NCBI GenBank assembly: GCA_049509455.1
Contig: JBEKZX010000014.1
Location: forward strand, 1-28,679
Origin: Conexivisphaerales archaeon
GTDB lineage: Archaea > Thermoproteota > Nitrososphaeria > Conexivisphaerales > DTJL01
Length of the DNA stretch: 28,679 nt
Direction: 5' to 3'
Below, in pieces: positions 17,664-25,139 of this stretch. The first letter of the stretch is position 1. Each line of letters opens with the position of its first letter. The notes below the pieces were generated by a model that saw nothing but the letters and a program-made list of their open reading frames with translations, was not told where the DNA came from and searched no databases. The translations under genes and the position numbers were made by a program.

Positions 17664-18695
17664 TCACAACCTGATCCTGGGGTCCAGGTAGGCGTAGATG
17701 ACGTCAACCATGAGGCTGACCAGGGAGATCAGGATCGCCAGGAACACCACCGTCCCCTGCACCGCCGTGTAGTCCCTGAAGTTAATGCGATCGACGAGGT
17801 AGGAGCCGAGGCCCAGGATGTTGAATTCGGTTTCAGTGAGGATGGCGCCGCCCAGGAGCAGAGCGAACTGCAGCCCCATGATGGTGACTATCGGGAGGAG
17901 GGCGTTTCTCATCGCGTAGCCATAGACCACCGTGTCGTCCTTCAGCCCACGCGCCCGAGCCGCGGTGACGAACTCCATCTTCATCGTCTCGAGCATGTTG
18001 CTGCGAGTCATTCTGACGAACACCCCGGAGATGACGAGGCCGAGAGTGAGGCATGGAAGGAGGAGGTACTCGCAGGCTTCGAAGAACTCAACGATGTTGC
18101 CGGCCAGCAAGCTGTCGACGGTGTAGAGCCCGGTCTGGATGTGAATTGACCCCCAGTTCAGCCCGGCCGGGATGACCCCCTGAGGCATCCTGCCTGCCAC
18201 CGGCAGCCAATGGAGCCACACTCCGAACACCAGCTGCAGGATCATCCCGAGGAAGAAGATGGGAAAGGCGTAGATCAGGATGCCGTACACCTTCACGGCA
18301 CCGTCGGTCTTGCTTCCGGGGCGTCGAGCCGCCGTGGACCCGAAGACGAGGCCCACCAGGACAGCCACTAGAAAGGCGCCAATGGTGAGCTCCAGCGTTG
18401 CCGGGAACCGTGCCAGTATTTGACTCGCGACTGGGTCGAAGGTGACCATGGAGAGACCCAGGTTGCCATGAAGCAGCTCGTCAAGGTAGTTCAGGTACTG
18501 CTGCCACAACGGGAGGTCCAGCCCCAGGCGATGCGTATACTCGGCTATCAGGGCAGGGTTGGCGTTCTTCTCGAACCTGAGAAGCACGGGGTTGCCTGGG
18601 AGTATCCTCATCACCACGAAAACGAGAGTAAGGAGGAAGAGGAGCATGGGCAGGGTAAGAGCTATCCTCGTCAGTATGTACGTGCGTAGGGTCAT
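17664..18695 (-). CDS. dppB: peptide ABC transporter permease (DppB/OppB)
   Basis: LPGNP, GLDLPLWQQY, FPATLEL, FVTAARARGL, TETEF, YAYLDPRIR. Confidence 0.95.
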   Translation of the reverse strand: MTLRTYILTRIALTLPMLLFLLTLVFVVMRILPGNPVLLRFEKNANPALIAEYTHRLGLDLPLWQQYLNYLDELLHGNLGLSMVTFDPVASQILARFPATLELTIGAFLVAVLVGLVFGSTAARRPGSKTDGAVKVYGILIYAFPIFFLGMILQLVFGVWLHWLPVAGRMPQGVIPAGLNWGSIHIQTGLYTVDSLLAGNIVEFFEACEYLLLPCLTLGLVISGVFVRMTRSNMLETMKMEFVTAARARGLKDDTVVYGYAMRNALLPIVTIMGLQFALLLGGAILTETEFNILGLGSYLVDRINFRDYTAVQGTVVFLAILISLVSLMVDVIYAYLDPRIRL

Positions 18696-18702
18696 GTATA
18701 CA

Positions 18703-18737
18703 GAAAAAACTTCCTTTACTGTGAATTAAGCGTTTTG
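18703..18737 (-). promoter_or_regulatory. internal promoter of dppBCDF overlapping a T-tract after dppA
   Basis: Minus strand: TAA(dppA)-CAAAACG-CTTAATT ... GTTTTTTCTG ... ATG 18695. Confidence 0.5.
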
Positions 18738-20408
18738 TTATGAGGATGCGTAAAGCAGGTAGTACCTAAAGATTGTAGTCGCGTCCAACACTATGCCGCC
18801 GACTTTGGGTGTGCTGACGGCAACGCTGGTCCCCTGGAAGAGGGGTACCATCGGCACCGTCTGAGCGAGCCTGGTCTGCAGCTGAGTATAGAGTGACTGT
18901 TGAGTTGACGAGGACGTCGTTTCCACCACCTGGGAGAGTAGGCTGTTGATCGTCGTGTCGACGAACTGCGTGTGCAGGAAGCCTACGCCGTCGGCAGGCA
19001 GGAACGGATAGGTGTAGTCGTACGGGTCAACGTAGTCAGGGTACCATCCGTAGATGTAGACTTGCAGCGCGTTCGAAGCCGTGCTGGCCTTGTAGTTCGC
19101 CCATGGCTGACTTGCGAGGTTGACGGTGACCATCCCAGTGGCTTCGAAGGCTTGCGCCAGAGCCGCCGCGATGGCGTCCGTCGAGGTGTAATGGCCTGTC
19201 GGGTAGGTCAGGGTGAAGGTGAGCTTGTTGGTCGTGCTGTACCCTGCCTGCTGGAGTAACTGCTCGGCCCCGGTAACGTTGGCTTCGCCGAACTGGGTTT
19301 TGAAGGCGTCAGTGTGGTAGACCATGCCAACCGGAATCATGCTATAGAGCGGCTGGGCCTGTCCCTGGAAGACGCCCTGGGTGATGGCTGTCCTGTTGAC
19401 AGCGGCGGCGAGCGCCTCTCTAACCAGCACGTTGTCGAAAGGTGCAGCCTTGGTGTTGAATACCATGTACTGAATGAAGGTTCCTGGACCCGTCCACACC
19501 TTGTAGTTGTTGTTGGTGCTCAGCGAGTTGATGGTGGAAGCATCCAGCTGCCTGTAGGCGACGTCAATCGACCCGCTCTGGAGAGCCAATAGCAGCGAGG
19601 TCGAGTCTGAGTAGAACTTGATCACGATGTTCTTCGTCGCCGGCCAGTTAGCGGACGCGTTCCAGTAGTTGGGGTTAGCCGCCAGATCGATCTCAACGTC
19701 CTTGCCGGCGGACCTTACCCAGTTAGAAAGCAAGTACGGGCCTAGGCCAGTGGGGTTGGAGGCAGCCGCATTTCCGTTGGTGTAGTTGACTATTTCATTC
19801 ATCGGGGCGACGTTGGGGTTGACTGGATAGAGCGGGATGAAGGCCACCGTAGCAAGGAAGGCCGAGAAGGGCTCGTTCAGGACGAATTGTATCTGATAGG
19901 GTCCGGTCACAACCGTCTTGTTGATGAACCCGCCAGTGTTGCCGTCGTATCCGACCCCCTCGAACGGTCCTTCGGGCTCCGCGATGGTAAACTGCCTATT
20001 CATGGAGTACTGCACGACAGAGGCATTGAAGGGTGTCCCGTCGGGGAACTTCACGCCCTGCCTGAGGTTGAAGGTCCAGGTCAAACCGTCCGAGCTCGTA
20101 GTCCAGCTCGTCGCAAGAGCCGGAACGATGTTGGTTGTCCCTGGGACGTAGTCTACGAGGCCGTCTCCGACGTTCTCGATGATGTTGATTCCGAAGTAGT
20201 CGTATGCGTCGGCCGGGTCCAGAGTGGTCTGGACCGAGTCAGTTGTTCCGATTGTGAGAGTGGACTTCTTGGTGGTGGTAGTGGTGCCCTTACTTAGGAC
20301 ATAGTAGGCGGCCGCCCCACCGGCGATCACGAGAACGACGATGACAATAGCCACGGTTGCTATCCGGGAAATTGCTTTACGCTTCTTTGAAGATAACAGT
20401 CGTTTCAT
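18738..20408 (-). CDS. dppA: peptide ABC transporter substrate-binding protein (SBP family 5) with class III (pilin-like) signal peptide
   Basis: N-terminus KKRKA|ISRIATVAIVIVVLVIAGGAAAYY; LDPA, PALATSW..S.DG.TWTFNLRQGVKF.DGTPF, GLGPY, NVLVREALAAAVNR. TATA CTTATATATC at 20440-20431. Confidence 0.93.
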   Translation of the reverse strand: MKRLLSSKKRKAISRIATVAIVIVVLVIAGGAAAYYVLSKGTTTTTKKSTLTIGTTDSVQTTLDPADAYDYFGINIIENVGDGLVDYVPGTTNIVPALATSWTTSSDGLTWTFNLRQGVKFPDGTPFNASVVQYSMNRQFTIAEPEGPFEGVGYDGNTGGFINKTVVTGPYQIQFVLNEPFSAFLATVAFIPLYPVNPNVAPMNEIVNYTNGNAAASNPTGLGPYLLSNWVRSAGKDVEIDLAANPNYWNASANWPATKNIVIKFYSDSTSLLLALQSGSIDVAYRQLDASTINSLSTNNNYKVWTGPGTFIQYMVFNTKAAPFDNVLVREALAAAVNRTAITQGVFQGQAQPLYSMIPVGMVYHTDAFKTQFGEANVTGAEQLLQQAGYSTTNKLTFTLTYPTGHYTSTDAIAAALAQAFEATGMVTVNLASQPWANYKASTASNALQVYIYGWYPDYVDPYDYTYPFLPADGVGFLHTQFVDTTINSLLSQVVETTSSSTQQSLYTQLQTRLAQTVPMVPLFQGTSVAVSTPKVGGIVLDATTIFRYYLLYASS

Positions 20409-20543
20409 TCTTCCTTAGCCACTCGGGCGTGATATATAAGCGTGATGGAGCGGGACGACATCGTGTATTAATTTCAAGAAACATATGCCATTGATGAAGA
20501 TAAACGCAGAAGAATGCTGAACAATCACTTGCTAACGAGGCCA

Positions 20544-21239
20544 TCAGGCCAACGAGAAATAGACGCGCCTGTTGGACTTGCCCTTGTTGTCGGCCCTGAG
20601 GAACCGTACGCGGCCTATCTCGGACGTCCTTGCGACGTGGACGCCGCCGTCCGCCTGCCTGTCGAAGTCCCCTATCTCAACCACCGTCAGTTCGGCGACC
20701 TCGGGCGGGGCGGCCTGAGCCAGCTTGACCATCCCGGGCATGGAAAGCGCCTCTTCGCGCTTGAGGAAATAGGTGCGGACGGGAAGGTCTCGGCCTATCA
20801 CTTCGTTGACCGAGCTGATGTAACCCTCCATCTTGCCCTTGTCAAATTCCTCGAGGCTGAAATCGACGCGCGACTCGTCGGGCGCGACGGCATTCCCGGT
20901 AATCAGGGCCCCCGTTTCTCTGTTGACTACGTTACTCAGGACGTGTGTGGCGGTGTGCATTTTCATGATCTTGTATCTCCTCTCCCAGTCAAGGACTCCC
21001 CTTACGGTCTGCCCTGCCGTCAGGCCCGGCGCTGCCGGGAAGGTGTGAAGTATCTCGTCGCCCACCTTCGTGACTTCGGCCAGGGGGAGCCCGCCGACTG
21101 TGCCCAGGTCCGACACAAGGCCCCCTCCCCTCGGACTGAAGCAGGTCTGGTCCAGCACGATGCCGTTGCCCTCGGACGAAATGACGGTGGCTGTGAACTC
21201 CTTAACATAGGGGTCGTCCCAAAAGAGCTTCTTCGCCAA
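20544..21239 (-). CDS. alaX: AlaX (AlaX-M size) freestanding alanyl-tRNA editing protein
   Basis: KLFWDDPY, LDQTCF.PRGGG..SDLG, MKMHTATHVL (HxxxH), QADGGVHV, NKGK.NRR. TATA CTTATATC at 21273-21266. Confidence 0.92.
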   Translation of the reverse strand: MAKKLFWDDPYVKEFTATVISSEGNGIVLDQTCFSPRGGGLVSDLGTVGGLPLAEVTKVGDEILHTFPAAPGLTAGQTVRGVLDWERRYKIMKMHTATHVLSNVVNRETGALITGNAVAPDESRVDFSLEEFDKGKMEGYISSVNEVIGRDLPVRTYFLKREEALSMPGMVKLAQAAPPEVAELTVVEIGDFDRQADGGVHVARTSEIGRVRFLRADNKGKSNRRVYFSLA

Positions 21240-21589
21240 CGGTACCGACTGAGGATGAGGGGTGCGATATAAGCTTGAGCCGCTTCACCTTCGTCGAAGC
21301 CGCGGACCGGCGCATGATGCGTTCAGATACGGAGGGCATTCCCGCTAGGGCCGCCCAAAATACGCAGCCGGTTCGGACGTTTGGTGCGAGCTGGGACGAA
21401 GTTCAGCCACCTGACCTGCCAAGAGCAGCGACAACTCTTTTGAATGGTGAGGATCGGATTTCTGCGCCTTCTGGATAGCGGGAGGCCTCGCCCGCCGATA
21501 CGTTACGGGTCGGGCTGAAGATTTCGGGCTGGCTCTAAACCCAGAAATCCATCTAGCGTGGAAGGCCCATCTAAGTAGACCGAGGGATA

Positions 21590-21958
21590 GTGAAGGTGGC
21601 GCTGGCGACCGATGACGGTAGGTCGATGAGCCAGGACCTGGCCTCTGCGAAGTTCTTCTTGATCATAACCCTGGCCAAGTCGAGGCCTTCGGAGAGGGAG
21701 TTGCGCCTCAAACCCCGGCGGGTCGCTTTTCCTTGTGCGACCGCCGACTGGGATCGCGCCGACCGTCTCTCGAAGGAGATAGCCGACTCCCTGACCGACT
21801 GTCAGATGGTGGTGGTCGGCCGCATGAGCAGGAAGGAGCTGGAGAACGTCGTCGCCTCCGGCAAGAGGACGATCCTCACCGACCTAGTTCAAGTCGATGA
21901 CGTGATCGAGGCCTTGGCGAAAGGGCTCCTCGATCACCATCCCGAGCGGTTCAAGTGA
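21590..21958 (+). CDS. NifB/NifX (dinitrogenase FeMo-cofactor biosynthesis-like) family small protein, divergent motifs
   Basis: MKVALATDDGRSMSQ..A.A.FFLII, DCQMVVVGRM, and C-terminal TDL..VDD.I.A...G.LDHHPE all match the recalled family layout. Confidence 0.75.
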   Translation: MKVALATDDGRSMSQDLASAKFFLIITLAKSRPSERELRLKPRRVAFPCATADWDRADRLSKEIADSLTDCQMVVVGRMSRKELENVVASGKRTILTDLVQVDDVIEALAKGLLDHHPERFK

Positions 21959-21976
21959 TCGATGTAAATCGATATC

Positions 21977-22375
21977 CTACAGGAATGGAGACACGCGCCG
22001 CATCAGGTCGGCCTTCGGAATGGCCCCGACGAAGCAGTCCAAGACTTCACCCTTTCTCGTTATGAAGATCGTGGGTATCCCTTGGACGCCTAACTTCGAG
22101 GGCGTCACAGGGTTCTCGTCGATGTTGAGCTTCCCCAGCACCACCTTGCCGGCGTTGTCCCTCGCTATCTCCTCTAAGAGCGGAGTCAAAGCTATGCAGG
22201 GGCTACACCAGGGCGCCCAGAAGTCGACCAACATCAGACCGTTGTTCATCACCGCGCTGTCGAAGCTGTCGTCAGAAAGTTCGAGAACCAAGGGTTGCTC
22301 CGAGGGCGCGACGACGCCTCCCGCGGGGTCCACACCAACTGAAAGATTGAATTCGTCGTCGGGAGCTGGCTGCAT
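21977..22375 (-). CDS. trxA: thioredoxin
   Basis: LVDFWAPWCSPC, KLNIDENP, GVQGIPT (cis-Pro), FVGA; acidic N-terminal extension. Confidence 0.93.
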   Translation of the reverse strand: MQPAPDDEFNLSVGVDPAGGVVAPSEQPLVLELSDDSFDSAVMNNGLMLVDFWAPWCSPCIALTPLLEEIARDNAGKVVLGKLNIDENPVTPSKLGVQGIPTIFITRKGEVLDCFVGAIPKADLMRRVSPFL

Positions 22376-22477
22376 TCCGCTGATGCTCCGATGGCCAACT
22401 CGACGGTTCCAACGGTAATAACTCTATTGCATCCGGCGACCGAAAGCCCACGTTGGTTAGCATCGTCGGCCGGCGGC

Positions 22478-24568
22478 CTACAGCAGGCCGCCCGCCTGAA
22501 GAAGAGCCCGCCTCGTGAGGAGCTCGGCGGTGTCACGGCGCTGCTTGGCTGTGCCTCTAGAATCGCTGATGGGCTTGATCCCTTCGACGGCGACCTTCGC
22601 CGTTTCTCTGGCGGAGGCTGGGTCCAGCTTTCTTCCGATGAGCGATGCTTCGGCACCGGTGGCCCTGACGGGGGTGGGGGCTACGGACCCCAGGGCGATC
22701 CGACAGTAGTCGACGACGCCTCCCCTGGACCCCACCAGCGCCGCTACGTTAACCTGGGCAATATCAGTGTAGGTCCTTCCGGCCTTGACGAAGGCGAAGC
22801 CCACGCCCTCCGGAGGGAAGGGAACCTCCACCTCCGTAATCAGCTCCCCGGGCTCCAGTGTCGTCCTTCCGGGTCCAAGGAAGAAGCTGGAGAGCGGGAT
22901 GGACCTGCTTCCCCTGGGGCCGATGGATTTGAGGCTAGCGCCGAGTGCAAGCAGAACAGGGGCCATATCGGCGGCGGGAGAGGCGTTGCACAGGTTTCCT
23001 CCCAAAGTTGAGACCTCGCGCAGCTCCGGCACCGACATTTTCATGGCAGTTTCGGGGAGCGCCGGGAGCTTCTCTTTGAGCAGCTTCGATTCGGCCAATT
23101 CCTTCATGGTGGTGGCCGCGCCGATAGCGACGCCTTTTTCCTTCGACTTTATGTAAGCTAGGCCCTTGACGCCCTTCAGGTCCACGATGTAGGCTGGGGA
23201 GACGAGGCCCTGCTTCATCCTGACCATGATGTCGGTTCCGCCAGCCTTCAGCATGGCGCCCCGCCGGCGGAGAGCGGCGATGGCCTCATCGATGGTCTCG
23301 GGGAAGTAGTAGCTCGCCTTCGGATAGATGGCCGTAACAGCCTGGTAACGTTCCCTGGCTTCCCTCTCGGGGAGCATCTTAATCGCCCCAGTCGGGCAGA
23401 CGCCGACGCAGAGGCCGCATCCCTTGCAGTCGTCAGGGTCCGACCTGGCGACCATCTGGACAGGGTCAATCTTCATGGCGCCCCTCCCCACGACAGAGCA
23501 GGTGGTGACGCAGCGGGTGCACGGAATGCACTCGGCCGGGTTTACCCAGGTCCTCATCCAATCTTGGAATGAGAGGTCCGAGTGGGCGACAAGGTTGGGG
23601 AGGGCCTTCCCGACGACGTCGACGACGGTCGGGTATCCCCCTTCAAGGAGGAACTGGCGAGTGCCGGTGATCAGGTCATCGATCAGCTCGTAGCCATGCA
23701 TCATAGCACCCGTCACGACCTGCGTGGCCCTGGCGCCCAGGGCCATGAACTCCATGGCGTCACGCCATCCCTCTATCCCTCCGATGCCGAATATCTCCGC
23801 CTCGGGGAGCGCCTTGGCTACCTCCGACACGATCCTCAAGGTGTTGGGCTTGACGGCGGGCCCCGACATGCCGCCGTAGGCTCCCTTGCCCAAGACGTCG
23901 GGGGCGGGGATCATGCTCTCAACATCGACGGCCGACATGACGGGGCCGTGGGTGTTGGTGAGCGTTAGGGCGTCGGCGCCGCCGGCAAGTGCCGCCTTCG
24001 CCACCGGCACGACGGAAGTCACGTTGGGTGTGAGCTTCACGGCGACGGGGACCTTGGCGAACCTCTTGACGTGACGGACCAGAGGCTCCACCAGATCGGC
24101 GTGCTGGCCGATGGCAGCACCCATGTCGTGTTCAGGGCTGCCATGGGGGCATGACATATTCAGCTCCACCATGTCCACACCGCTCTCCTGGGCGACCTGG
24201 AGCGGCTCTGTCCAGGAACTTGGATCACCGGTGCCCATCAGCGAAGAGATCAGGACGAAGTCAGACGGCGCTTCGGCCTTGATATGCCTGTTCCACTTGG
24301 CCCACTGTTCCTTCGGGTAGGTCGTTATGAGCTCGATGTTCTGGACCGAAACGACGTCCTCCAGGAACTTGCGGGCGAACATCCGGGGGCTGGGGTCCTG
24401 GGTCTCCTTGACGGCGATGGTCTTGTGGACGGCACCCGCCCAGCCCAGCTTGGCGGCGCGGATGATGTGCTCGTCGTCCCACGTGGGCGGGGCGCTTCCG
24501 AGCAGGAACGGGTTCTTCAGCGGAACGCCAGCGATCGACGTCCTGAGCTCTTCGAACGATCTTGGCAA
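22478..24568 (-). CDS. preA: fusion: dihydropyrimidine dehydrogenase PreA (FMN TIM barrel + 2x[4Fe-4S]) joined to a xanthine/CO dehydrogenase-type FAD-binding medium subunit (CoxM/XdhA-like)
   Basis: aa 1-335: NPFLLGSAPP, GAVHKT, QNIELI, ELNMSCPHG, KLTPNV, LTNT, GGMSGPAVKP, GIGGI. aa 347-391: CIPCTRCVTTC and CKGCGLCVGVCP. aa ~420-696: P.TIDEA, AGGTD, TLGGNLCNASPAAD, RIALGSVAPTP, PISDSRGT. One uninterrupted frame. Confidence 0.9.
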   Translation of the reverse strand: MPRSFEELRTSIAGVPLKNPFLLGSAPPTWDDEHIIRAAKLGWAGAVHKTIAVKETQDPSPRMFARKFLEDVVSVQNIELITTYPKEQWAKWNRHIKAEAPSDFVLISSLMGTGDPSSWTEPLQVAQESGVDMVELNMSCPHGSPEHDMGAAIGQHADLVEPLVRHVKRFAKVPVAVKLTPNVTSVVPVAKAALAGGADALTLTNTHGPVMSAVDVESMIPAPDVLGKGAYGGMSGPAVKPNTLRIVSEVAKALPEAEIFGIGGIEGWRDAMEFMALGARATQVVTGAMMHGYELIDDLITGTRQFLLEGGYPTVVDVVGKALPNLVAHSDLSFQDWMRTWVNPAECIPCTRCVTTCSVVGRGAMKIDPVQMVARSDPDDCKGCGLCVGVCPTGAIKMLPEREARERYQAVTAIYPKASYYFPETIDEAIAALRRRGAMLKAGGTDIMVRMKQGLVSPAYIVDLKGVKGLAYIKSKEKGVAIGAATTMKELAESKLLKEKLPALPETAMKMSVPELREVSTLGGNLCNASPAADMAPVLLALGASLKSIGPRGSRSIPLSSFFLGPGRTTLEPGELITEVEVPFPPEGVGFAFVKAGRTYTDIAQVNVAALVGSRGGVVDYCRIALGSVAPTPVRATGAEASLIGRKLDPASARETAKVAVEGIKPISDSRGTAKQRRDTAELLTRRALLQAGGLL

Positions 24569-24598
24569 GTTTCTTCTACCGTCTGAAACGCGTTCACG

Positions 24599-24610
24599 TA
24601 TTAATAACTT
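24599..24610 (-). promoter_or_regulatory. TATA box of the preA-coxM fusion gene
   Basis: Minus strand AAGTTATTAATA about 31 nt upstream of TTG 24568. Confidence 0.55.
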
Positions 24611-24621
24611 ATCCCGCCCAA

Positions 24622-24851
24622 GGCCTCGCCATTCTCAAGGTGACGAATGGCCCAGGGAACGTGATGGTCGCTCCATCGAAGAAGGAGGGGCTGTGCTTGG
24701 TCAGCGAGGAGCTTTCTTAGTCCACGTAGAAGGACTTCGAGGACCTCGGCTAGCCTGCTGTGAAATGGCACCTCCGAGCTATAGAAGGGGGTTCGGGTTC
24801 AAGAAGGTCCGGAAGCTGGGGAAGAGGAACTGGGTAACGCGGAAGGATCTA
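24622..24851 (+). pseudogene. decayed GNAT acetyltransferase remnant
   Basis: Frame starting 24622: GLAILKVTNGPGNVMVAPSKKEGLCLVSEELS*ST*KDFEDLG*PAVKWHLRAI. After a frame change at about 24780: YRRGFGFKKVRKLGKRNWVTRKDL. Resembles GNAT motif A (V.P..r..G.g..l) and motif B (N..AI..Y...GF). Confidence 0.45.
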
Positions 24852-24950
24852 ACGGGTGGAGGGACCTCCGCGACGCGCGACCGCCGCCTGAGGCCTTCTC
24901 ATCATGGCGCCTAGCAACGGTTAAAGGAACGTCGCACGAAGCGTGGAACG

Positions 24951-25136
24951 ATGACATGTCCGAGCGCCAGCAAAGACCCCAAAGAGAGGAACCTTTCACT
25001 GGCCATCGAGATGTCGTCCGTGGCCCTCGCCATCTGCTGGGACGCCGTGGTGCAGCAGAACCCGGGCCGCCCTCACCAAGCCCTTGTGGCGATATTCCGG
25101 CGCCGGCTGGGGAACCGTGAGTTGGCAGATGAATGA
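24951..25136 (+). CDS. small helical protein, putative antitoxin/partner of the downstream nucleotidyltransferase
   Basis: 61 aa, ERNLSLAIEMSSVALAICWDAVVQQNPG...LVAIFRRRL. TATA GGTTAAAG at about 24919-24926; stop is 3 nt before the NTase start. Confidence 0.65.
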   Translation: MTCPSASKDPKERNLSLAIEMSSVALAICWDAVVQQNPGRPHQALVAIFRRRLGNRELADE

Positions 25137-25139
25137 TGC

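Noticed and set aside
20441-20543. AT-rich patch with TTTC-AA-GAAA upstream of dppA
   Set aside because: Short palindrome expected by chance in AT-rich DNA; no repeat copies found.
22249-23011. ORFs 22249-22656(-) and 22391-23011(+)
   Set aside because: They overlap thioredoxin and the fusion gene; low-complexity, no motifs or promoters.
24327-24914. 195-aa plus-strand ORF
   Set aside because: The 5' part is antisense to preA; only the last ~30 codons are meaningful, as part of the GNAT remnant.
24600-24950. Coding-strand switch as a possible replication origin
   Set aside because: No cdc6/orc1 gene, ORB repeats or long AT-rich unwinding element visible.
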